Assembly (NCBI GenBank): GCA_963663275.1
Contig: OY760183.1
Location: 96,001 to 160,000, forward strand
DNA: 64,000 bases
From: Chloroflexota bacterium
GTDB lineage: Bacteria; Chloroflexota; UBA11872; VXOZ01
Direction: 5' to 3'
In this document: positions 47,234 to 57,327 of the stretch, one piece after another
Layout: every line of letters starts with the position of its first letter
Position numbering within the stretch: position 1 is the first letter of the stretch
Position numbers and translations under genes: made by a program
The notes under the pieces: model-generated
Database searches by the model: none
Seen by the model: the letters and a program-made list of their open reading frames with translations, nothing else
What the model was told of the DNA's origin: nothing

Positions 47234-48175
47234 CAGTCGTACTCCTCCCGGAAGCGGCGGACGAACCAGTGAGCGAATATGTTCATGGCAAAGGTCAGGA
47301 AGAAGAGCATGGTGCCCACGGCGAAGATCGTGCGGTACTCGAGCGAAGCGAAGGGGGTGTCCCCAAGGCTCACCTGCACGATGTAGGCCGTCATGGTCTC
47401 GATCGGCACGCGCGGGATCAAGGGTGAAAGTGGGGTTCTGGCCCGCCGCGATGGAGACGATCATGGTCTCGCCCACGGCGCGGGAGAGTGCCAGCACCGC
47501 CGAGGCCACGATGCCGGAGAGCGCCGCCGGCACCACCACTTGCAGCGCCACCTCGAAGCGCGTGGCGCCCAGGCCGTACGCGCCCTCACGCAGAGCCTGG
47601 GGCACCGCGCCAATGGCGTCCTCGCTCAACGAGGCTACCATGGGAATAATCATGATGCCCATCACGATGCCGGCGCTCAAGGCGTTGAAGATGCGCATCC
47701 CCGGTATGAACTCTTGCAATATGGGCGTGACCAGCGTGAGCGCAAAGTAGCCGTACACCACCGTGGGCACACCGGCCAGCACTTCCAGCACGGGCTTGAC
47801 GACGTCGCGCACCCGGGGGCTGGCAAACTCGCTGAGGTAGATGGCGATGAGCAGCCCGGTGGGAATGGCCACCGCCAGCGCGATAAAGGCCACCAGCGCC
47901 GTGGCCGTCACCAGCGGCCAGATGCCGAATTTCTTTATGAGGAAGAGCGGGGTCCACTCGGTCTCGGTGAGAAATTCGACGATCGACACTTCGCGAAAGA
48001 AGAGCAGCGTTTCTCCGGTGAGCGAGAGGAGGATGCCGAACGTCGTGACAATCGAAAGCGTCGCCGTTGCCAGCAGCGCATAGCGTATCGCCTCCTCCTT
48101 CAGGTTGCGGCTCGCCCGTTTGCTCATGTCGTTGCGCGACGGGTAGTGTGAGAACGGGGATACGTCCTCGGCCAT
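47233..48175 (-). pseudogene. pstC: phosphate ABC transporter permease PstC with a +1 frameshift near 47414-47416
   Basis: [11 protein letters not shown] and SRAVGETM are in one frame; the conserved C-terminus ([14 protein letters not shown]...FREEYD) is in another; removing one C from GATCCCG restores it. Confidence 0.85.
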
Positions 48176-48422
48176 CGAAACTCCTCTCTTCACGGCTGCC
48201 AGCGTTGTGCCGCAACCGTGCTGCCTGTCAATTCAATCAGTAGACCGCTTATTTCACCGGCTCAGCGCGCCGGCAGAGTCGGCCCCGGCCTTCTCCCAGA
48301 AGGAGCGTTCCGGCAGCGCCTCTTCAATTATACCGGCAAGCGGCGCTGCGAAAATCTTCCGCCGCTTGCCTTGCGGGGCGCGGGGAGCGCGGCCTGGCGC
48401 TCCCCGCTGCCCGTTCCGAACG

Positions 48423-49451
48423 TTACTGTAGGTATCGGTCGAGCGATGCCCCAACCTCGGCGCCGTTGGGCCACAGCGTGCCCGTGACGCGGTCGGCGAA
48501 GCGCTTGGTCAGCGCCGCGTACACGTCGTCGCCAAGCTGCACGTAGCCGACTTCCGGGCTGGAAATCAGCGGCGTGAACTCCGGGCTCAGGTAGAACTTC
48601 ACGAAGGCGTCCACCTCGGGCCGTTCGGCCGCGTCGGTCCGCACGTAGATGAAGATCGGGCGGCTCAGCGGCTGGTAACTGCCGTCGGCGACCGTGGCGA
48701 ACGTGGACTCCACGCACACGCCGTTACCGGAGTCGATCGGCACGCCCCGCACCTTGTCGGTGTTTTCCACGTAGTAGGAGAGGCCGAAGTAGCCGATGGC
48801 GCTCCTGCTGCCGGAGACGCCGGTCACGAGCACGTTGTCGTCCTCGCTGGCCTGGAAGTCGCCGCGGCTGGATTGCGCCTCGCCCACAATCGCCTCTGTG
48901 AAGTAGTCGAACGTGCCGCTATCCACGCCGGGAGCGAAGAGGTCCAGCGGCAGGTCCGGAAAACCGTCGCGGATCTGGTTCCAGTTCGTGATTTCGCCCT
49001 GCGCCGCCGGTTCCCACATCTTCTTCAATTCGTCCACCGTCAGGCAGTCTACCCAATCGTTCTCCGGATGCACCACCACGGTCAGGCCGTCATAGGCCAC
49101 CGGCAGTTCGATGAAGTTATAGCCGGCCGCGGTAACCGCCTCAAGCTCCGAAGGCTTGATCGGCCGCGAGGCGTTCGAGATGTCGGTCTCTCCGGCGGAA
49201 AACTTCTTGAAACCGCCGCCCGTGCCGGAGACGCCCACGCTCACGCGCACGCCGGTGTGCTTCAGGCTGAACTCTTCGGCGGCGGCCATGGTGATGGGAA
49301 AGACCGTGCTGGAGCCGTCGACGATGATGTCGCCCTTCAGGCCGTCGTCAGAATCGTCGCCCCCGCCGCAGGCGGCAAGCATGGCGAAACCCGCCAGGCT
49401 CGCCGCGGCAAAGGTGAATTTCCGTCTGCTCATCCGAAGCGGTGCTGTCAT
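48423..49451 (-). CDS. pstS: phosphate ABC transporter substrate-binding lipoprotein
   Basis: [37 protein letters not shown]; LAAC lipobox; RBS AGGAGG. Confidence 0.95.
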   Translation of the reverse strand: MTAPLRMSRRKFTFAAASLAGFAMLAACGGGDDSDDGLKGDIIVDGSSTVFPITMAAAEEFSLKHTGVRVSVGVSGTGGGFKKFSAGETDISNASRPIKPSELEAVTAAGYNFIELPVAYDGLTVVVHPENDWVDCLTVDELKKMWEPAAQGEITNWNQIRDGFPDLPLDLFAPGVDSGTFDYFTEAIVGEAQSSRGDFQASEDDNVLVTGVSGSRSAIGYFGLSYYVENTDKVRGVPIDSGNGVCVESTFATVADGSYQPLSRPIFIYVRTDAAERPEVDAFVKFYLSPEFTPLISSPEVGYVQLGDDVYAALTKRFADRVTGTLWPNGAEVGASLDRYLQ

Positions 49452-49822
49452 CGCATTCCTCCTTGTGGTGTTCGCTGCGACAGCACTCTGTTCCTCGCGT
49501 CCGGCTGCCCGGCGCGGCGCGCTGCGGGCGGTTCCGCGCCGTGGGCCGCATAGAGGCCGGCCCCTGCAATCGTACGCCATTGCAGCCAGGCGGGGAACAG
49601 AGCAAATCCCTACAACAGTGAGGCAGATTAGCACGGGGTCCTCAGGCGCGGCAATGCGGCGGCGGCGCGCGTTAACAATGGGATAAAGAAGCGGGAAATT
49701 GGCGCTATGACTGGGATCGACGCTCCTCCGGCGGCGCGCCGCGAAACACCGCCAACCACCGCCGGACGGCGGCATATAAGGCGTTGCGCGGCCTGCCGGA
49801 CTCGCTCAGCCGCGCGGCGGAC

Positions 49823-49850
49823 GTTCATCAGATGTTCACACAATGCTTAT
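49823..49850. promoter_or_regulatory. Possible PHO-box-like 11-bp direct repeats
   Basis: GTTCATCAGAT GTTCACACAAT GCTTAT, ~370 bp upstream of pstS. Confidence 0.4.
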
Positions 49851-49936
49851 GGGGCGTACACATTGCGGCGGCGGGGCGCGGCAAGCGGGCGGCCGGGGCC
49901 GTGGGGAAGCCGGGGCGCGAGGGCGGCGTCTTGCCG

Positions 49937-50944
49937 CTAGCGCCAGTCGAAGAGCACGCCCAGGGAGTCTTCGCCGCCGTCCGCGAGCATGGCGTAGACG
50001 GCGCCCGCTTCCGCCGGAGGCGCGGCGTGGGTGATCAGGTGCTCCACGTTCAGTTCCCCGGCCGCGAGCATCGTCAGGTAGAGACAGCGGTGGCGCTGCT
50101 GTGTCCAGGGCGTTTGCGGTGTGGCCGCCGTGGGCGTGAGCGGCTGGTAGACCCCCATCAACGTGAGTTCGCGCCGCGCGAAGTCCGGGTAGAGGTTCAA
50201 CTCCACCCTGCCGAGCGGCGTGCCCAGCACGACGATGACGCCGCGCGTAGCGGCAACGCGCAGATTCGCCGGCAGCGCGTGGGGCGCGGGCACGGCGTCG
50301 TAGACGCGCTCCACGCCGTTGCCGCCGGTGGCGGCCATGACGGCGGCGCGCACGTCCTCGCGGGCGGCGTTTATCGTCAGGTCCGCGCCGCTGCGCCGCG
50401 ACCTCTCCAGGCGAAAGTCCAGCACGTCGGTGGCAATCACCGGAGCGCAGCCGGCCGCTTTCAGAAATTGCACGATGAGTTGTCCGATTACGCCCTGGCC
50501 GGCCGCCAGGGCGGCGTGGCCGATTTCGGGCGGCGCGCGGCGGACACCGGCCAACGCCACCTGCGCCAGCACGCCCAGCGCGGCCTGGTCGGACCGCACG
50601 CCGGCGGGAACGCGGTCGATGGCGTCGGAGTCCACCGCGCGCAAGTAGTGGCTGGCGTGGTTCGCCATGGTGAGGACGCGCTCCCCCGGCGCGAAGGCAT
50701 CGACGCCGGTGCCGCGCTCCAGTATCGTGCCGACGCTGGCGTAGCCCGGCCGGGCGGGAAACGGGCGCTGCGGCACGCCGGAATCGGCAAAGGTGTGCAT
50801 GTACCGCTTGCGTTCCGTGCCGGCGCTGATGCAACTGTATTCCGCCCGCACGAGCACCTGGCCGGGTCCCGGCGCGGGAATGGGAAACTCCTCCAGCACA
50901 GCCGCGTGCGCGCGGGGAAAGACCACAACCCTGCCGCGTTCCAT
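49937..50944 (-). CDS. MDR-family dehydrogenase
   Basis: ISAGTE, PGYASVG, GQGVIG; RBS AGGAGG. Confidence 0.88.
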   Translation of the reverse strand: MERGRVVVFPRAHAAVLEEFPIPAPGPGQVLVRAEYSCISAGTERKRYMHTFADSGVPQRPFPARPGYASVGTILERGTGVDAFAPGERVLTMANHASHYLRAVDSDAIDRVPAGVRSDQAALGVLAQVALAGVRRAPPEIGHAALAAGQGVIGQLIVQFLKAAGCAPVIATDVLDFRLERSRRSGADLTINAAREDVRAAVMAATGGNGVERVYDAVPAPHALPANLRVAATRGVIVVLGTPLGRVELNLYPDFARRELTLMGVYQPLTPTAATPQTPWTQQRHRCLYLTMLAAGELNVEHLITHAAPPAEAGAVYAMLADGGEDSLGVLFDWR

Positions 50945-51164
50945 GAACCCCTCCTGTCCGGCGGCAAATCTCGTTGGCCGCTCTCCTGTCAACGTAAAAT
51001 CAATCCCCGCCCCCGGTAGGGGCACGACATGTCGTGCCCCTACCGGGGGTTGGCGGATGTCGTGCCCCTACGGGCGCAATGTCCGCATCGTACCCCCACC
51101 GCCGCAAACCGCTCCACGTATCCCCATCAGCCCAATGCGCGCCCCGCACGCGGGGGCTTGTCCC

Positions 51165-51300
51165 CAATGCCTTCGCCAAGAACTAATGAGCATTGTACTA
51201 CCCGTTCGTGCTGAGCCTGTCGAAGTATGAACGGGTAGTACAATGCGCCAACACCAACCCGCCGTTCACCTTTCGACAGGCTCAAGGCGAACGGCTGCGC
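51165..51300. mobile_element. S3-type element (left end only) with family-D pair, starting inside a GTAG-type REP core
   Basis: GGGGGCTTGTCCC|CAATGCCTTCGCC...; colinear with 59472-59605. Confidence 0.6.
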
Positions 51301-51424
51301 GGAGGCCTGTCCCCATCGGTTTCCCTACACCGTAGCGCGGGGGCTTGTCCCCCGCCTCCTGGCGCAGGTTACAAACCTACGCTACCGGATCCGCCTCGCA
51401 ACACGGCCGCTTGCCGCACCGTCC

Positions 51425-52537
51425 TTACAGGAAAACCATATTATTGCGGTGCACGGCCTCATCGCCGAAGGACTCCGGCAGCAGCGTAGCGATTTCGCTG
51501 GAATTCCTGCCCATGATCTTGCGCAGTTCATCGGACGGATAGTTCACCAGGCCGCAGGCGAAGGCGTCGCCGCCCGCGGCGCGGATTTCCACCGTATCGC
51601 CCCGCTTGAACGCGCCCTCCACCGCGATGATGCCGGCCGGCAGGAGGCTGCGCCCGTTCTTCAGGAGCGCGTTTGCCGCGCCGGCGTCGACGACGATGCG
51701 GTGGCCGCGCGCGAGGTCCGACGCCATCCAGGCTTCCCGCAGCCGCTTCGTGCGGCTGACCTTGCTGGCAAAGCGGGTGCCGACTTCCTCGCCCGCGGCC
51801 ACGGCCAGGATCACGTCGGGAATAGTGCCGCGGCAGATAACCACGTCGGTACCCGCGGCGGTGGCCATGCGGGCGGCCTTGATCTTGGTCGCCATGCCGC
51901 CCACGCTGCGGGCGGAACCGGCGCCGCCCGCCATCCGCTCGACTTCGCGGGTGATGCTCTGCACCACCGGCACGTGGGTCGCGGCGGCGTCGTTGCGTGG
52001 ATCGGCGGTGTAGAGGCCCTCGATATCGGTAAGCAACACGAGCAGGTCGGCGTCCACCAGATTTGCCGCGAGAGCCGACAGGGTATCGTTGTCGCCGATT
52101 TGCTGGAGTTCGGCCACGGCCACCACGTCGTTCTCGTTGCAGATCGGCAAGACCCCGGCTTCCAGCAGTCCCAGCAGGGTATTGCGCGCGTTCAGGTAGC
52201 CGTCGCGTTCCAGCGTCGTGTGCGTGAAGAGCGCCTGGGCCACCGCAATGCCGTGGGGCGCGCAGAGTTCGGCGTAGGTGCGCATGAGGAGCGGCTGGCC
52301 GATGGCGGCCAGTATCTGACGGGCCGGAATGCCCTTGCCGCGCGGCGTCGTGGCCCCGGCGCTGGCGCCGGCCGCCACCGCGCCGGAAGTAACCAGCACC
52401 ACCTGCTTGCCTTGTTCGCGCAAGGCGGCAATCTGGCGCACGTAGTCCGCCATGCGCGCGCGATTCAGGCGTGTACCGCTATCCGTGAGAAGATTCGTGC
52501 CGACCTTGATGACGATGCGCTGCAATGCTGGCGACAT
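51425..52537 (-). CDS. proB: glutamate 5-kinase with PUA domain
   Basis: IKVGT, VTSGAVAAG, NENDVV, GDNDTLSA, GGMATKI, SLLPAGI. Confidence 0.97.
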   Translation of the reverse strand: MSPALQRIVIKVGTNLLTDSGTRLNRARMADYVRQIAALREQGKQVVLVTSGAVAAGASAGATTPRGKGIPARQILAAIGQPLLMRTYAELCAPHGIAVAQALFTHTTLERDGYLNARNTLLGLLEAGVLPICNENDVVAVAELQQIGDNDTLSALAANLVDADLLVLLTDIEGLYTADPRNDAAATHVPVVQSITREVERMAGGAGSARSVGGMATKIKAARMATAAGTDVVICRGTIPDVILAVAAGEEVGTRFASKVSRTKRLREAWMASDLARGHRIVVDAGAANALLKNGRSLLPAGIIAVEGAFKRGDTVEIRAAGGDAFACGLVNYPSDELRKIMGRNSSEIATLLPESFGDEAVHRNNMVFL

Positions 52538-52709
52538 GTTCCGCTTGCCATAGACCTGATGGGAGAGACTCATCCATATTCGAACAGAATACCAAGCCCG
52601 CCATGTTGCACGAAAGCGGTGTGATTGGGCAAGATAATTCTAGCACGGCGGTTCTTGGCGCGCGCAGTGCGGAGCCGGGGCAAACGAACAGAGGCGAGAG
52701 AATGGAATT

Positions 52710-53402
52710 ATGGAAATTCAAGTCATCGGCCTGATACTTGCGGCGTACGTCTTGGGCGCGATTCCCTTCGTCTACCTGCTGGGACGGATTTCCGGGGTCG
52801 ATTTGCGGGACGAGGGCAGCCGCAACGTCGGCGGCACCAATCTCTTTCGCACGGTGGGGCCGCTCTCGGGCGTGCTGGGCGCGGTGCTGGACATTGGCAA
52901 GGGCGTGGCGCCGGTGCTGGCGGCGCGGGCGCTCGACTTCAACGACGGCGTGGCGGGTCTGGCGGCAATCGCGGCGGTCGTGGGCCAGTGCTGGCCGGTA
53001 TTCCTCCGCTTTCACGGCGGCCGCGGCATCTCGGTGGTGGGCGGCGCCGTCATCGCCTTCTCGCCCTTGACCTTCTTCTTGGCCGTCCTGCCCGCCCTGG
53101 GCGGCTTAGGGGCCTACTTCATCATGCTGCGCCGCCGGCCGCGGGACGCCGCAGCAGACGCGGCGCCAACCGGAGGCAACAGCCGCACCGTGCCCCTCTT
53201 CATGATGATCTCGATTGTGGCCCTGCCGGTCGTCGCTGCCGTCCTGGGCGAGCCGTTTTCGATTGTGCTCGCGGCGGCGGCGCTCTCGCTGCTCGTCATC
53301 TTGCGCCGGCTTACCGCCGGCCTGCGCCAGGACCGCGGCTCACCCATTCCGCTCCACACGCGCCTGCGCAACCGCTTCCTCTACGACCGCGCGCAAGTAT
53401 AG
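52710..53402 (+). CDS. plsY: glycerol-3-phosphate acyltransferase PlsY
   Basis: YVLGAIP, DLR..GSRNVGGTN..R, D..KG, F.GGRG. Confidence 0.88.
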   Translation: MEIQVIGLILAAYVLGAIPFVYLLGRISGVDLRDEGSRNVGGTNLFRTVGPLSGVLGAVLDIGKGVAPVLAARALDFNDGVAGLAAIAAVVGQCWPVFLRFHGGRGISVVGGAVIAFSPLTFFLAVLPALGGLGAYFIMLRRRPRDAAADAAPTGGNSRTVPLFMMISIVALPVVAAVLGEPFSIVLAAAALSLLVILRRLTAGLRQDRGSPIPLHTRLRNRFLYDRAQV

Positions 53403-53462
53403 TCAACGCCGTGGGCAGCCGATAGACTCTCTCTCTGGGCAGCCGATAAACTCCCTCTCCCT

Positions 53463-53656
53463 GGGCTGACAGGAGTAGGCACTCTACATCCGCATTCTCG
53501 TGTCATTCCGAGCGGAGCGCAGCGGAGAGTCGAACCCTGTTCGCGGAATCCAGGGCAGAGAACCGCAAATCCAGCATCTCTAGATTCCTCGCTGCGCTCC
53601 GCTCCACTCGGAATGACACGTTAAGCCGATAATCAATTGTCTACCCTTGTCAACTC
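53463..53656. mobile_element. S2 element inserted in a family-A hairpin
   Basis: GGGCTGACAGGAGTAGG ... CTACCCTTGTCAACTC between CTCCCTCTCCCT and TCCTCGAGGAGAGGGG. Confidence 0.75.
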
Positions 53657-53745
53657 TCCTCGAGGAGAGGGGAAGCACGTAGCGCGGGGGCTTGTCCCCC
53701 GCCTGTGGCAGGGTGAGGCGCTACCGTAGCGCAGGGGCTTGTTGC

Positions 53746-53920
53746 CAATGCTTTCGCATTTAAGGGTGGATAGTCACGAGTATGAGCCTCTACACGGCAT
53801 GTCACGTGGTGTAGGGGCACGACATGTCGTGCCCCTACACCACGTTGACGACCGGTCAAGCGCATTAACAGCGCGGATTCGCCGTGGTTGCCTAAGTCAG
53901 AAGCTAATGCGACAGCATTG
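53746..53920. mobile_element. S3 element inserted in a GTAG-REP
   Basis: CAATGCTTTCGCATT ... AATGCGACAGCATTG; flanks GGGCTTGTTGC/GCGCTTGTCCC. Confidence 0.8.
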
Positions 53921-54034
53921 GCGCTTGTCCCCCGCCGGCGTCACTTACTGCGAATGGGCGCCGCACTGCCCGTTCGTGCTGAGCCCGTCGAAGCATGAAC
54001 GGGTAGTGCGGCGCTCATCAGGCTGCGGCTTGTC

Positions 54035-55756
54035 TCAATATCCCATTGCCGACGACGTCGGATAATACGGATCCGCCGCGCCGATCAGGGTTTCCCCCTG
54101 CCGCTGGATTGCCACCGGACTGGCAAAGTAGCGCGGCAGGAAGGCCTCCTCCGCCGCGACGACGGCGTGGCCGCGCCGGGCCAGTTCCTCCCGCACGGCG
54201 GGGTCGATGCGAACGCTCACAATCGGGCGCAGGGTGCTGCAATCGATGCGGGGCGCGTCGATCGCGGCTTGCGCGTCCATCTCGAAATCCACCACGTTCA
54301 TGGCGAGTTGGGTCACGGTGTTGATGATGCGCCGCCCGCCGGACGCGCCCAAGGCCGCCAGCGCCTTGCCGCCGCGTTCCAGCACGATTGGGCACATGTT
54401 GTTCAGCGGCTTCTTGCCGCCTTCCGTCGAGTTGCTCGTGCCCGGCTCCGGGTTGTACCACATCATGCCGTTGTTCAGCAGCACGCCGGTGCCCGGCGCG
54501 ACCACCCGCGAACCCCAAGCCGAGAGCAGCGTCTGGGTGAGCGCCACGGCGTTGCCCGCGCCGTCCATCACCGCCAGGTGCGTGGTGGACTCCGCGTTGG
54601 AGCCGGGCAGCGGGCGGGACTCCGGCGCGCCGTCGCCCGCCTGATACCGCCAGGGATCCCCCGGCCCGCGCTCCGCGCGCGCCTGCCGGGCATCGATCGT
54701 CCCCGCCAGCGACGCGGCATAGTCCTTGGCAAGCAAGCCGTCCAGCGGCACGTGCACGCGCGCGGGGTCGGCCATGTAGGCGAAGCGGTCGGCAAACGCC
54801 TGGCCGGAGGCCTCGATGAAGGTGTGCAGGTAGTCGGCCGCGTTGTGGCCCATCGCGCCTACGTCGAAGTTTTCCAGGATGTTCAGAGTCTCCATCAGGG
54901 TGGGCGCGCCGGTGCCGCCCTTCATGCCGATCACGTTCGCGCCCCGGTATGCGCCCAGGACGGAATCCGCGTGCACGGTCGCTTCATACTGCGCCAGGTC
55001 TTCGATAGAGAGGATGCCGCCGTTCTCCCGCACGTGGCGGGCGATGCGTTCGCCCAGCGCGCCGCCGTAGAGCGCCGCCGGGCCTTCCGCCGCCAGCGTG
55101 CGCAGCGTGGCGGCCAGTTCAGGCTGGCGCAGCCTGCCCGCCGCGCCCGGCTCCATGGCGAACGGCAGGCGATGGGGATAGCCGTTGCTGAGATAGGTGG
55201 CCGCCGTGGCGGGAAACCGGTTCAGCAAGGCCAAGTCTTGCGCCTGCCACATGGTCTCGAACCAGGAGAGCGCAAAGCCTTCCTCGGCCAGCCGCGCGGC
55301 GGGCGCGACGGCGCGATCCAGGCCAATCGTGCCAAGACTGTCCAGCGCCGCCGCCATGCCCGCCACCATGCCCGGTATGGCGATGGACCGGTAACCGTAG
55401 ATGTTGGCGTTGTCCTTGACCAAGCGCCAGCCGAAGAGTTCGCTGTCGTAGCCCTCCACCAGTTCCCACATGTCGGGCGTTGCCGCTTGCGGCGCTTGCA
55501 TGGGAAAAGCGACCACGACCTGCTGTTGGGTCTCCTGGAGGAAGACGGACATGTAGCCGCCGCCGCCCACGCCGCTCATGGGCGGTTCCACCACGCCGGC
55601 GGCAAAGGCGGTGGCCACCGCGGCGTCCACCGCGTTGCCGCCGGCCTGGAGGATTTCCAGGCCGGCCTGGGCGGCCAGGCGGTGCTTGGCCGCCACCATG
55701 CCCCCTGTCGCCGTGGCTGCGTGTACGCGCGCTTCCCATTGCGTTTCCGTGGCCAT
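54035..55756 (-). CDS. ggt: gamma-glutamyltransferase family protein
   Basis: GGNAVDAAVA, SGVGGGG, TTHLAVMD nucleophile Thr, GVLLNN, GASGG, AADP. Confidence 0.93.
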   Translation of the reverse strand: MATETQWEARVHAATATGGMVAAKHRLAAQAGLEILQAGGNAVDAAVATAFAAGVVEPPMSGVGGGGYMSVFLQETQQQVVVAFPMQAPQAATPDMWELVEGYDSELFGWRLVKDNANIYGYRSIAIPGMVAGMAAALDSLGTIGLDRAVAPAARLAEEGFALSWFETMWQAQDLALLNRFPATAATYLSNGYPHRLPFAMEPGAAGRLRQPELAATLRTLAAEGPAALYGGALGERIARHVRENGGILSIEDLAQYEATVHADSVLGAYRGANVIGMKGGTGAPTLMETLNILENFDVGAMGHNAADYLHTFIEASGQAFADRFAYMADPARVHVPLDGLLAKDYAASLAGTIDARQARAERGPGDPWRYQAGDGAPESRPLPGSNAESTTHLAVMDGAGNAVALTQTLLSAWGSRVVAPGTGVLLNNGMMWYNPEPGTSNSTEGGKKPLNNMCPIVLERGGKALAALGASGGRRIINTVTQLAMNVVDFEMDAQAAIDAPRIDCSTLRPIVSVRIDPAVREELARRGHAVVAAEEAFLPRYFASPVAIQRQGETLIGAADPYYPTSSAMGY

Positions 55757-55851
55757 GATCGCCTCCTCTCATCGGCGCGGATTGCGTATCGCGCGCCGCT
55801 CGCCGCGGTGCGCGCGTTCGTCGTTCTTGGGAGTATGGAAGTCAGTTTCGC

Positions 55852-56139
55852 TTAGCCGAGGCCGAAATTGACGTAGCCGAGTTCGCGCAGAATGTACAGC
55901 CCCGCGGCGGCGGCAATGGCGAGAAAGGCGAGGATTTGCACAATCCTCAGGATTGGCTTGAGCAGGGCGCTCACGACGTTCGAGATCAGCGAGAACACCA
56001 CGATGACGCCGATGCCGAGTGCGACCCATATTCCCCAATCGGGAATCTGCTCCAATTCTCTGGGGCCCACGCTCCGCAGCCAGGTTGTGGCGGCGTCCAG
56101 CGCCTCTTGCGCGGCGGCGAGCCAATCTTCCGTTTCCAT
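55852..56139 (-). CDS. Small hypothetical membrane protein
   Basis: Two hydrophobic helices; RBS GGAGAAG before METEDW. Confidence 0.6.
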   Translation of the reverse strand: METEDWLAAAQEALDAATTWLRSVGPRELEQIPDWGIWVALGIGVIVVFSLISNVVSALLKPILRIVQILAFLAIAAAAGLYILRELGYVNFGLG

Positions 56140-56424
56140 GTGCCTTTCTTCTCCTGCCTGTGCCGTACCCTTATTGTCGAAGCGTCCGCGCGCCTCTGTC
56201 AACACCGCGCCGCGCGCAACCGGGCGCTGAAGCGCCGCACCCGTGCGGGGCGCCGCTTTGCGGTATCATTAAGCAAATCCCATCAAGTGACCGCAATTCA
56301 GCATTCTGCCCGGCGCCGCCGAAACGCGCTGGCCGCAATCGTCCGACAAGTCGCGGCTGTGCGTCTCCGCCGGGCACACTAATCGAGGAAGCGACGTCGC
56401 GTACGCAGTCTAAGGAGAAACCGG

Positions 56425-57204
56425 ATGTATACCATCGACTTGCACGGCAAGCACGCTCTTGTCATGGGCGTGGCCAACAAGGAGAGCGCGGCCTGGGCCA
56501 TCGTACAGGCGCTGGCCGGCGCCGGCGCGCGCATTGCCCTGAACTACCAGACCGAACGCCTGGCAAGCCGCGTGCAAGACCTGGCGGCCACGCTGAACGA
56601 TCCCCTGGTCGCCCCCTGCGACGTGACGCATCCCGACGAGGTGGAGGCGCTCTTCGGGCGCGTGGAGCAGGAATTCGGCGCGCTGGACATCCTGGTGCAT
56701 AGCCTCGCCTTTGCCAGCCGGGACGAGTTTGCCAAGGATTTCGTGGAAACCTCCCGCGACGGCTTTCTGCAAGCGATTGAAATCAGCGCGCACTCGCTGA
56801 TTACGCTCTCGCGGGCGGCGCTGCCCCTGATGCAAGCGGCCGGCGGCGGCAGCGTGATGGCGCTGACGTATCTGGGCGGCGAGCGGGTGGTGGCGGGCTA
56901 CAAACTGATGGGCCCGGCCAAGGCCACGCTGGAGGCTAACGTGCGCTACCTGGCCGAAAACCTGGGGCCCCACAACGTCCGCGTGAACGCCATTTCCGCC
57001 GGCGCGATGCGCACCCTCTCGTTGGCCGGCATTCCCGGCGGCCGCAACTTCCTGCTGGACCTGCCGGAACGCACGCCGCTGCGGCGCAACATCACCCAGG
57101 CCGAGGTGGGCGACACCGCGCTCTACCTGGCCTCGCCCCTCTCCTCCGGCGTGACCGGCGAGACCATCCACGTGGACGCGGGCTACCACATCATCGGCCT
57201 GTAA
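56425..57204 (+). CDS. fabI: enoyl-ACP reductase
   Basis: GVAN..S.AW, VHSLAFA, YKLMGPAK, NAISAG; RBS AAGGAG. Confidence 0.93.
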   Translation: MYTIDLHGKHALVMGVANKESAAWAIVQALAGAGARIALNYQTERLASRVQDLAATLNDPLVAPCDVTHPDEVEALFGRVEQEFGALDILVHSLAFASRDEFAKDFVETSRDGFLQAIEISAHSLITLSRAALPLMQAAGGGSVMALTYLGGERVVAGYKLMGPAKATLEANVRYLAENLGPHNVRVNAISAGAMRTLSLAGIPGGRNFLLDLPERTPLRRNITQAEVGDTALYLASPLSSGVTGETIHVDAGYHIIGL

Positions 57205-57327
57205 CCGCCCAAGCGCGGGCGGAACGCGCTCGCTCAACCGGCCGCACTGCACTACGGCGCGTGATGAAGGAGCCTGGCCGCATCCGGCCGGCTACGATTC
57301 AATCGCCAGGGAGGCAGCGAGGATAGG

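Noticed and set aside
46334-48193. 619-aa ORF as a genuine evolved PstC-PstA fusion
   Set aside because: The junction peptide is out-of-frame sequence while the conserved PstC C-terminus is intact in another frame; treated as a frameshift.
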